A DNA stretch of 64,000 nucleotides from Rozella allomycis CSF55 (lineage: Eukaryota), in assembly GCA_000442015.1 (NCBI GenBank), contig KE561324.1:1-64000 (forward strand). The letters run 5' to 3'. The notes below the pieces were generated by a model that was given only the letters and a program-made list of their open reading frames with translations, searched no databases and was not told the origin of the DNA. A program made the position numbers and the translations under genes. Shown piece after piece: positions 24,174 through 34,530 of this stretch. The number at the start of each line of letters is the position of its first letter. Position 1 is the first letter of the stretch.

Positions 24174-25437
24174 TTATTTAGTTTGCTCAATTAATTTTAA
24201 AAAGCTATCAATGTTTGAATTCCATCTTTTGATGACAGCGTCATGTTTGAACAAAACCAGCATGTTTTGTCTGTCTATTGATGCATTAATACTTGCGGAC
24301 TTTATCATTGACGCCAAAAGCCTTTCAGTCTAAAAATAATGAGTACAACATATTACTGTAATTGAATCACATCCTATAAGACGAGCCAGTGCATCAATGA
24401 ATATGTTCTCATAATATTTTGAAATTACTTTGATATTATGAGAGAAGATTGTTGAAGAAAGAACAGTCAATCCATTCTCTAAAATAGCAGTCTGGTGTGG
24501 CTTGAGTTGTAAAGAGAACGAGTCCATCGTCTCCTTGGGCAATAGCTTTTCATTATATCTAGAAATATAGAAAGGCAAAAATTACACTCTTTCAAGAATG
24601 GTAAAATACTTTGAATTAGATACTCTAATGTCTTTCATTAGCATGTCCAGCATTTGAGACCTTTGTTGGCCCACATCCCCGAGAATAGTACAAACAATTG
24701 CTTGATCTAAAGAATAGTCTTTTTCAGCATCATCAATCACGAGTTTTGATAATTCCAGGTACTTATGCGCTGCGTCAATAAACTTTCTCTTGGAATCCAA
24801 AATTCTAACTTGACAAACCATTTTATGGCAAAAACAATATTTACTTTGTATTTTAACAAAAGAAGTGAATCTTGACAATTTGCTATTATTAATGAAGTCC
24901 TATTGATATGACTTTCTGCATTAATATAATCTTCATCCTCTAGAAATAATTGGGCGCTTTTAACATGGATAGAAATCTTTTCTTCATCGGGCATTAAACT
25001 TTTAATTAGTTAAAGTAATTTATACTTGTATCCCGAGCTTTGCACCAAACTCTCCAAAATCCTAGCAGATTCCGTCCATTTTTCCTGTTCTTCCAATAGA
25101 CTTGCAATCATAAACTTTGCTTTTATTATCAATTAGATTTACGTATTTAAATTACCTGTTGTTCAAATGACAAGGAACGCTCCATCTGTACGGTCAACGT
25201 TGACTTTAACACACCCAACTGCCAAGACTTATTAGGATTTTGCGAAATTTTTTCAAAGCAAGACTCGAGAACTTTTTGAGCAAAGGAAACATGAAAAACA
25301 TCTGACGTAAAAAAGCTGAAAAAATCAGGTGCATGCCTTTCATCGCTTGCTACATACTTTTCAAATAAATCATTAATTCTAATTAGACGATCGTTTTCAG
25401 TTGGATAATTAAAGGTTTCTTCAAAATCATGTTGCAT
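24174..25437 (-). CDS. CSN4: COP9 signalosome subunit 4
   Basis: SFEQQ, LFLEDED..NAE.HINR, RILDSKRKFIDAA, GQQRSQML, LKPHQ, HNI..ISKYYENI; 5 introns, two of them GT-TG. Confidence 0.88.
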
Positions 25438-25460
25438 TTTTACAGTCTGAAATTTTAGAA

Positions 25461-26879
25461 ATGCTTAGTGCATTGTTTATCTTGAACTTTAAGGGTGAAG
25501 TTCTAGTATCTCGTTCATACAGGCCTGAAGGGAAGTAAAATGCTCATTAAAGAGTAATTAGGCGAAGCTTGGCTGATGTATTTAGAATTCAAGTCGTTTC
25601 CGCTGCTAGAATCAAATCCCCCGTAATTACTGTCCAAAATACCACATTTTTTCATATTCATCATGAGAATATATATCTAGTCGCAGCCTCATCTATGAAT
25701 ACAAATGCTGTAATTTAGTAGTCACAAGTCATAAAAGGCAACAGTCTTTGAATTTTTGTATAAAGTTGTTCATTTGGGAAAAGGTTATTTTGGCAAATTC
25801 AATGAAGAAGCTGTGAAGAGCAACTTTTGTTTAATATACGAATTGTTTGATGAAATTTTGGACATTGGATATCCTCAAAACACAGAGCTGGATACTTTAA
25901 AACAATATATCACAACAGAGAGTGTTAAAAATGAAATGCCCAAAGAAGTCAGTAAAATCACAATTCAAGCTACTGGTGCAACATCATGGAGACGTTCTGA
26001 TATTAAGTACAGGAAAAATGAAGCCTTTGTAGATGTCGTTGAATCTGTAAACTTGATAATGTCATCAAAGGGAAATGTTTTACGTTCTGATGTTAGTGGG
26101 CAAATAGTCATGAAGGCGTTTCTGTCTGGAATGCCTGAATGTAAAATTGGACTCAATGATAAAATAATAAACGATAAAGAAAAGGCCAATACCGCGCCAG
26201 GAATCAAGTAGACCATAAATGTATGTACAAAAGGCCCGTAGGGACAGTTGAATTGGATGATTGCCAATTTCATCAATGTGTAAAATTGGGAAAGTTTGAA
26301 ACCGAGAGAACAATCAGTTTTGTGCCCCCAGATGGAGAGTTTGAGTTAATGAAGTAAAATTTCTTCCTTGTTTTTCTTTAGATATCGAACCACCGAAAAT
26401 GTTAACCCTCCTTTTAAAATCATTGCCAACTTGAATGAGTCCAGCAAGAATAGAATTGATTTCAAAATTACAGTCAAGTCTTGTTTCTCTACTCGATTAT
26501 TCGCAAACAACGTTATTATTAAGATACCTGTTCCACCAAACACATCGTCTTCTCAAATTAGATCGGTTATTGGAAAGGCTAAATATGTCCCAGCAGAAAA
26601 TGCTATTATTTGGAAAATATCGAGATTTCAAGGAGATGTTGAAGTCAGCTTATCTTCTGAAGTAGAATTGTCTTCGACAACAACAAAAAAGGCATGGTCT
26701 AGACCGCCAATATCAATGGCATTTGAAGTATAAGTGTTTGTTTTATTTATTAGGTGCCAATGTTTACAGCTTCAGGTTTACTTGTTCGTTTCTTAAAGGT
26801 ATTCGAAAAGTCCGACTATCAGACTGTTAAATGGGTTAGATATATGACAAAGGCTGGCTCTTATCAGTTTAAATTTTAA
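25461..26879 (+). CDS. AP2M1: AP-2 adaptor complex mu subunit
   Basis: [68 protein letters not shown]; 5 introns. Confidence 0.95.
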
Positions 26880-26958
26880 CGGAATAAATTTTAAAGTGTT
26901 TTACATTGAGTCAGTTTTCCTTGCTTGGGTCTTCAGGAATTTTCAAAACATTTTTCTT

Positions 26959-27767
26959 ATGGCGCAACTAGGAATATCAAGTATACCTCCCTCTCCTACC
27001 CTATATATAAAGAATATAAATGATAAAATTGGGAAAGTCGAATTAAAGAAGACGCTTTACGAGTTATTTGCCACGTATGGACAAATTATCGCTCTAGTCG
27101 TCTCAAAAGCTCCCAAAAGTAGAGGGCAGGCTTTTATTGTTTTTAAAGACATTCCAAGTGCGACTAACGCGATGAGAAATCTACAAAGTTATCCATTCTT
27201 TGATAAACCTATAGTAATATTTTAGATTTTGTCTAATAGGTTATTCAATATGCAAAAACTAAGAGTAAAGCAACTAAAGATATTGAAAAATGGGCTTCTG
27301 AACATGTTAATGAAATGCCATATCTAAGCGCTCTCCTGCCAGAGAAGAAATCGTCAACCGCTACATTAGCCGCAGCGAGTGCCGTTGTTGCTGAAAAAGC
27401 ATCATTAGAGAAAGAGGCCAAGGAGAGAGAAGTGTCAGAAAAAGTCAACAAAGTCAGTGAAAATCAAAAATCGGAAGTTGATTCTAAGATTCTCGATGAA
27501 TATACGAACCGCATCCTATTTTTGGAAAACCTTCCAGTAGAAGCAAACGAAACTCTTTTATCGCTATTGTTCGAACAGTAAGGTCCTAATTAGATCAAGA
27601 TTAGGTACGCGGGCTTTAGAGAAGTAAGAATTGTACCTGGTAGACCAGGAATTGCTTTTGTTGAATACGAAAGTGAAAATCAGGCCAGAATTGCTAAAGA
27701 TGTATTGAATGACTTTAAACTCACTCCAACACACGCCATGAAGGTTTCTTATGCAAAAACACACTAA
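26959..27767 (+). CDS. U1A / U2B-double-prime (SNF family) two-RRM snRNP protein
   Basis: PSPTLYIKNINDKI, RGQAFIVF, NRILFLENLP, EVRIVPGRPGIAFVEY, MKVSYAK. Confidence 0.9.
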
Positions 27768-27770
27768 CTT

Positions 27771-29306
27771 TTATTTAATAAATGCTAATTGAAATCCAGG
27801 CTTTTCTTTCTTCACTTGGATATAGGTTTTTTCATCTTGAACTATTTTTTGGTATAAAATGAAGTCAACTGTCAGCTTTAGAAGAGATGATTTTTCAAGT
27901 ATTTTCTTCAAATAATGCGCGAGACTTGCACCGTCAACATATTTACAATTATGAAATTCAATTTCAATCAAATTATTATCTTGGGCTGTCGACAATATCA
28001 ATATAACTTGTTGAGTCGTAAGGGCAGAAAAGATGGCTAGTTTCTTCAATTTTGCAGTTTTCAAATTGCCCACAAATAGAAGGAAATCAGTGTCTATGGC
28101 TTGATTAATTGCAGGCCCATGATAAAGCCCTAAATAATTCAAGTTTGTCTTTTCAAGTGTTTGGCCGACAACATTTAATAATGAAAAGTGCATTGTTGAG
28201 CTCCCTATAAGAAGTGTCTTTAGACTAGTATTTTGAAGAAGACTTTGAAATAAACATTCGTAGAAATTCATAGATAAATGGTTTTCTTTAATATTCAAAG
28301 ACTGAATCTCCGAGTTGTTGAGAACTTTAATAAGCATGCTCGTATTCTCATCTGTAAGGCCCATTCGTTCAATATTTAAATGTCGTACTTTAGAAAAAGC
28401 GAGAGTTTTAAAGAAATTGTTTAATCTGATGTCTCCCAATGGATTATTGGCCAAGTTAATATATTTAAGAGGCGTCTTTCTCGAAATTGCATCTACGAAG
28501 AGTGGTGTCAATTTACAATTAGGAGCCCATAAATGAGTTATTTTTGATTTGGAAATTGCTTGACCTAAGAAGTAATGCATTCTAGGATGTAAAGGTGTTC
28601 CTTCAAGAGAAAGATAGCTCAGATTTGACTCTTCAATTTTGTTTGCCAAAGTATAGACCTCAATGCTAGTCAATTCTAATACGGACCTTATGTGCAATCC
28701 TTTTAATGATTTTAGTGGCAAAGATTCAATGAAGTCATATGCATTACATTTAAGAGTCTGAGATAATGCATGAAAAGATGCCGACTCTAAATATTCAGAG
28801 TCCTTTAGATACACTTTCAAGTAAGACATCATTTTTTCATGTCTCAACAAAGCATCCCTTGATTTTATGTATGGGTTGATTAATTCTCTAGTAGTTTCTG
28901 AAAAATACCCTCCTCCATCTTTCCATTCTAAATGAAACGAAAGGGCGTCTAAGTGCTGTTCATTTGTGGCCTTAATTAAGTCCTCAAAAAACCACATCTC
29001 TTCCGGATTACTGAATATAATTGTGACTTGGTAGTTTCTTATATCGCTCCATTTACAATTATGAAAGGTTTTCCGCTGAAAAGTAAAGTAAGCAGTTCCG
29101 AATATGCGAATATCAGAATCTATAAGCATTTTTATATTAGGATAATGAAATGTAGGAATTACACCAGTACAAATTATTAACTTGCCTAACTCTAAATGTT
29201 TTGAAGGCGATGAATGGACATTTTTTGATCTTGCCATTTCATTTTGCTCAAATATGCTTAAAATAGAAACATAAAAATGCAGGAAAATCTTTGTGTAAAA
29301 ATTCAT
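27771..29306 (-). CDS. RNI-like leucine-rich-repeat protein, intronless
   Basis: LRRs such as LKYINLANNPLGD and IQSLNIKENHLS. Probable start MNFYTKIF (the open frame extends to 29372). Confidence 0.75.
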   Translation of the reverse strand: MNFYTKIFLHFYVSILSIFEQNEMARSKNVHSSPSKHLELGKLIICTGVIPTFHYPNIKMLIDSDIRIFGTAYFTFQRKTFHNCKWSDIRNYQVTIIFSNPEEMWFFEDLIKATNEQHLDALSFHLEWKDGGGYFSETTRELINPYIKSRDALLRHEKMMSYLKVYLKDSEYLESASFHALSQTLKCNAYDFIESLPLKSLKGLHIRSVLELTSIEVYTLANKIEESNLSYLSLEGTPLHPRMHYFLGQAISKSKITHLWAPNCKLTPLFVDAISRKTPLKYINLANNPLGDIRLNNFFKTLAFSKVRHLNIERMGLTDENTSMLIKVLNNSEIQSLNIKENHLSMNFYECLFQSLLQNTSLKTLLIGSSTMHFSLLNVVGQTLEKTNLNYLGLYHGPAINQAIDTDFLLFVGNLKTAKLKKLAIFSALTTQQVILILSTAQDNNLIEIEFHNCKYVDGASLAHYLKKILEKSSLLKLTVDFILYQKIVQDEKTYIQVKKEKPGFQLAFIK

Positions 29307-29454
29307 CTGTCGATCTCGATCTTTGAGTGTACCCTGGCACAGACTGAGGCATGATGCTTTGTTGGATGTCATCTGGACTTCAAAATGTCAAAAATGTCGT
29401 CATAGTAAATGATTAAATCGTGTATAGACTAATTTTTAAAATCAAATCATTTTT

Positions 29455-30480
29455 TTATTTAATCAATATGACATAATTGTCGTGTATCCTTTTGACCTCT
29501 ACGTTTTTTGAAAGTTTATGCAAGAAAGGCTTACTCGACGTTTTTAGCACATTGAAAAATAACATTTCATCCATAACAAGCCTCTTTAAACAAGTATCCT
29601 TAACAATATTTATCAATGATAATATATCCTCCGTCGAGAAATTCGCATAACTTATAACTAAATTGTTGATTTTTGATGATGCCAGGAATAACTTGAACTT
29701 TACAGAGAGTGTTGAATTGGAAACATCGAGTTCTTTAACATTCGAATTTGCTAATTTAGCTGCAAGTTTTGAAGCCTCCGGTGTATTTAATACCATATTC
29801 ATCATTTCTATTCTATTTAACTTAGAACTTTCAATGTTTTTCGAGAGAGAAACAATTGCTCTTTCTTCTACATAACATTTTTTGGAAAATTTTAGTGACA
29901 GTCTTTTTAAAGATGTCGGAAATGGTATTTTGGTTAATTGATTAATAACTTGGTCCGAGTTTTCGCATGACGAAATTAATATAGAATTAAGTTTCTTTGA
30001 TTGGCTAAGAGCTGTAATTAGCATAGAATCTTGTTCATTTATGGTTAAGTGAAATTTAATATCGTTAATCTTCTTTTCTTCTTTTTGTGAAAATAATTTT
30101 TCAAAAAGAAAGAGATCATTTGGCTTTTTAAAGAGAACAATTATTGGCTCCTTAGTTTTCATATTAGTCCAGTCACAGCGCCATAATCGATCATTAAATT
30201 TTACATAGATTCTTCCATTTGACCTGATTGGGGTAATTTTGGAGCATTCAAAAATGTCATTAGGCTTAAATGAACGGTGTTGCGAAGGTAAGGTAAAAGA
30301 CTCATGATCCTTTCCCTTTGCAAAGATTTGCTTTAACAGAGTGAAAGTTAACATCATTGTTTCCAATTTTGGCCGAAAGTTCTCTATAGTGCTTTTTGTA
30401 CTTGGAAATACAAATTTAACCACAGATGAAATAAAAGTTATGTACAAGATAACAGCTCGCACAAACAGACTCAAAAGCAT
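29455..30480 (-). CDS. Degenerate RNI-like LRR protein, tandem paralog of the previous gene
   Basis: Shares a hydrophobic N-terminus, C.W..(I/M), I.F..P...FE.L, FHL and IE.S.L motifs with 27771-29306. Confidence 0.65.
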   Translation of the reverse strand: MLLSLFVRAVILYITFISSVVKFVFPSTKSTIENFRPKLETMMLTFTLLKQIFAKGKDHESFTLPSQHRSFKPNDIFECSKITPIRSNGRIYVKFNDRLWRCDWTNMKTKEPIIVLFKKPNDLFLFEKLFSQKEEKKINDIKFHLTINEQDSMLITALSQSKKLNSILISSCENSDQVINQLTKIPFPTSLKRLSLKFSKKCYVEERAIVSLSKNIESSKLNRIEMMNMVLNTPEASKLAAKLANSNVKELDVSNSTLSVKFKLFLASSKINNLVISYANFSTEDILSLINIVKDTCLKRLVMDEMLFFNVLKTSSKPFLHKLSKNVEVKRIHDNYVILIK

Positions 30481-30663
30481 GTTTCAAAGCCACTCGCACG
30501 TTTCTGTGTCAGTACCAGGTATAGATCCAGGTCAAATGACACGTAGCTATCCAAAATTCGGGTAAGTGTTCTAATGATAATGCGCAGTATAAAGGCTCTT
30601 CATTAAAACTTAATAACTTACTACAAATACTATGAAATTCGACCGTTTATTTATTTTTGAATA

Positions 30664-31950
30664 TCAACTATTTTTCTTTGAAAAAAGTGAAACAAAAAAC
30701 CCATTAGTAAAATCTAAATCTGGATCAACTCTTCTCACCATGCCCGCACATTGATATGCCACTATGCCGCGTCGTTCCCATTTTGTTATATTTTGTAGAT
30801 GGAAATCTGGGTTATCGTCTAGAATTCTCTGCACAACTTGCTCATTTTCTTCTGCATGTATTGAACAAGTAGAATACACGAGATCACGCAAGTTTGGAAG
30901 AACTATTTCAAAAAATTTCTTAAGTTTTACCATTCATAGCATGTGAAACAATTTTGTATTGAAATTCACTTAAATTTCTTAATCGTGTTTCATCTATGTG
31001 ATTGTCCAGTCTTCGTTCCAGCTGATTAACTATACCAGATCCAGAACAACTTGGGTCGCAAAGAGCATATTCCACATCCTGTAAAAGTGGATGGTCACTC
31101 AACTTTAATGAAAGAAAGTCTTTGTTCAAGACGACAACTTGTTCGGCCATCCCCATATCGGACATTCGTTTTTTTAGTATTTCCGCCCTCTTAGGATCTT
31201 TTTCGACGGCTATTACTCTAACTTTGCCTTTGCACAAGCTCACTAAATGAGAGGTCTTGTTCCCTGGTGCAGAACATGCATCGATGACTACAGCACCTTC
31301 TGGAGCATTAAGTGCATGCGCAGGAAGGCAACTACTTTTATCCTGAAGAATTATTGCGTCTCTCTTGTACAAGTCATCTTTTGTGAGATTAGTTTCTGGA
31401 TGGAATAACAACAAGTCATTTAAATCTTTGTCTATACAAAATTGATTCTTTTCAAGCTTAATGTTGTAATCAACGAATTGGAAGTCTAATTTCTGGAAAT
31501 GGGAAATAGCGTCTTCAATTGAAATCTTAACTTGATTCACTCTAGCATAGCGCGGGAATATGTAAGACTTTGTTTCAGGTAGTAGGTTGCTTAATGACTG
31601 ACAGCATTTAATTAAATCTTGTTCATGCTTTTTGATTATGGCTTTGAATTTTCCCCCGCACTGAACATTTTTCTGAATTACACATTCGTATGTCAAAATT
31701 AAACCCATTTCGTATGAAATCTTTGATTAAAATACTAAATTATAGCTACTTTGTGTTTTGAATAAAATGGCTGAGATTTTAGTATGGATTTTAGTAGGTC
31801 AATGTTTTGAATAATTTTTGCCAAAAGGGCATAGAGTTTTGCTTTGTTTTTGTATTGAGAGTTATATACAAGGGATTTTAAAGATCCCTTTCTTGCTAGA
31901 ATCAGTTTTAGTATTTTTTCTGTTTGTAAATAAAAATTCTGATGATCCAT
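30664..31950 (-). CDS. NSUN5: 25S/28S rRNA m5C methyltransferase NSUN5/Rcm1
   Basis: PRYARVN, LQDKSSCLPA, DACSAPGNKTSHL, DPSCSGSG, VYSTCSIHAEENE. Confidence 0.93.
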
Positions 31951-32028
31951 GATGTGGCACAGCGGTAAAGTCGAACAAAGTATCGAGAGAATCGAGAGAT
32001 AAATATGTAACTTGTAAGAAAAGATAAT

Positions 32029-33277
32029 TTATTGTTGGGCGCATTGAACACCTGGTTGATGATAATGTTCATCTTCGTCGTGTGCTCTTCTTGTCCTTTC
32101 TCGTTGAGCTTTCTGTCTAGCATCCAAAGGACTTGATTCGACCTCCTCTATTTCAGCATTTGATGGAATGTTAGCGCTTGGGCGAGCTGGAAGAACGCTT
32201 TCTAACTTCTTTATCAATGTGGTGTTCATCATTGACGAAGTTGGGAAAATAATATCAAACGTTAAAATAAGGTCTCCCTTGTGGAATGGCTGCCTCTCAA
32301 CTGGCATGCCCTCTCCAGCTACGATTCTCATGTCGCCTTTATAAAGTTGAGAAATGTGAAATACCTGGTTTGATAACTTCTCCAGCAGGAAGATTAACTT
32401 TAATGTAACGATCATCTAAATGTTTCACGTACACGACACCGCCAGCTAATGCGGTGAGTAAATCAATAGATGTTTTGCAATAAAGATCATTTTCTTTCCT
32501 GGTAAAAACTGGGTGATCATTCTCAGAAACAATAATGTGGACATCTCCAGTTTCCTTTCCTGGTTCTTGATCAGCTTCACCACGGAAGGTTATAACACTT
32601 CCATCAGACATACCTTTTTCAATGTGGACTTCAAGAATTTTTCTCTCGCTGACAATTTTCTTTCCATTACAATTTTTACAGCGATCACTGGCAGACATTT
32701 TAACACCAGATCCCATACAATCTTGGCACTTAACTGTTTGTTGGGTAATCATTGGACCCATTTGCATGATTCTAACAGTCTTTCCTTGCCCTTGACAGCC
32801 ACTACAGGTTCGTGCATTCTTTCCACCTTTGCCATCACAACCTTTGCAAATAACATTCTTTGTGACTTGAAGTTTGGCTGCTTTTCCTTTGTAAAGATCT
32901 TCGAGGTTGACTTTAAACGTGTGTTGAATATCTTTCGTGCGTGCTGGCCCTCTACTTCTAGAACTTCCTCCAAATCCAAACATTTGAGAAAAGATGTCTT
33001 CGGCACTAAACCCTTCCATTCCTCCGTTTCCAGAAAGACCTTCTTCTCCATACTGGTCGTAAGTAGCACGCTTATTCTCATCCGATAAAACTTCATAAGC
33101 TCTTGATATATCCTTGAATTTATCTCCTGCGTCTGGATTTTTCTACTTGAAAAGGAAATTTTTTATTACGTCTGGATGGTATTTCAGTGCAAGCTTGCGA
33201 TAAGCTTTTTTAATTTCATTATCTGAAGCTGATGGCGAGATCTCGAGAATGTCGTAAAGTTTAGTGTCTTTCACCAT
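32029..33277 (-). CDS. YDJ1: Class A DnaJ chaperone
   Basis: [14 protein letters not shown] motif, CxxCxGxG repeats, C-terminal CaaX box CAQQ. Confidence 0.95.
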
Positions 33278-33382
33278 TTCAATAGTTGCAGGGGTTTAGA
33301 ACGAAATGGAATTTCGTGGAAAATCACTGTGGCTTAAAAAAATTGAATTATATTTAGCTTGAAGTTTGAACCTATTTTTTAT

Positions 33383-34461
33383 TTATATTCTAGCTGATCC
33401 ACTTGCCTGCTTAGGTTTGTGTGCCAAGAAGCTCTGGATGAAACCTGCAAATGCAGCTCCTGCAAAGTCACCGAGCCAATAAACCCAGTGAAGATCAAAT
33501 TTTCCGGTTAATATTGCTATTGTCAAAACCTTGGTTGAGCATTACCTGGACCAAATGCTCGAGCTGGATTAAATGCACCTCCTGAAGTTGACCCTCCAAT
33601 GAAACATAAGAAGCCAAGTGTGAACCCAATGGCAATTGGAGCAAATCCGGCTTTAGTGCTACCTGAAGTTGTATAAATTGTCAAGTTTCGTCCTATTGAC
33701 CTATCTTTTAAAGCATTTCCAGTGACAATTGGCTGTGCTTCGCCTTCCAAGTCACCCTCGTCTGTTGGAATATCAAGCTTGACCGCTGCATTCGTAGAAT
33801 CTACGGTATCAAAAGCGACTGCAAAGATCACGTATACAAGAATAAATGACAATATGAACTCTGTAACTACGGCGTTGATGACGTTGGTGTCCTTGTAAAC
33901 TGACACCAAGACTTCTGAAAACACAACGTTTCCTTTTTCAGGGAAAACGACTGCGAGAAATGCAGTAGCGATGACTGCCGCAAACAGCTGAACACCAATA
34001 TATCCTGCTCCTTTTATCCATGACGTCTTTCCCATAACCTTACCCCACCAACGTCAAATGTTTACCATAGTTCCAAATGTGACAGCTGGATTGAAATGAG
34101 CACCGGAAACATCGGCGAATGAATAAATGACTGCTACTGCGGTGAAACCTGTCCCTACTCCACCGATGATTATGCCAACAGCATCACCTCCAAGGCGATA
34201 AACATTGACTCCAGTAGCCATTACGACAAATAAGAAGATGAATGTAGCAAGGAATTCACCCAGCAATGCTTTTGCAAGCTAATGATAGGTTTGTTTGTTG
34301 ATTATTACCACTGAACGTTTTTCTGTCATGTAAGCTTTTGCGTCTTCCATGGCCGCCATTCCTCTATCACCTACAATCTTTTTTAAAGGAACGTTATTCG
34401 AAAGTTTGGATTTTGGTCTTGATTGTCGCTCAATATCGTTGACTTCGGAAAAGTCGCTCAT
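33383..34461 (-). CDS. Aquaporin (MIP family)
   Basis: GEFLATF, SGAHFNPAVT, GGAFNPARAFGP, HWVYWLG; 3 introns. Confidence 0.95.
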
Positions 34462-34530
34462 TGTTGGTATCCAAGAACACTTTGGAAACAAGTTTCAAGC
34501 ATCGAAAAAATGTGAATACATTAATTGATT

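Noticed and set aside
22859-25437. RPN7 and CSN4 adjacency as a PCI-complex gene cluster
   Set aside because: They belong to different PCI paralog groups and are convergent; chance adjacency in a dense genome explains it.
30490-30545. Hairpin gtgtca...tgacac upstream of the LRR gene as a snoRNA or riboswitch
   Set aside because: It is a short stem with a weak interior; a second hairpin would overlap the CDS start, and no TPP or H/ACA signature is complete.
32513-33088. 191-aa plus-strand ORF and similar shadow ORFs opposite real genes
   Set aside because: They are antisense to conserved coding exons (here YDJ1) and have no motifs of their own.
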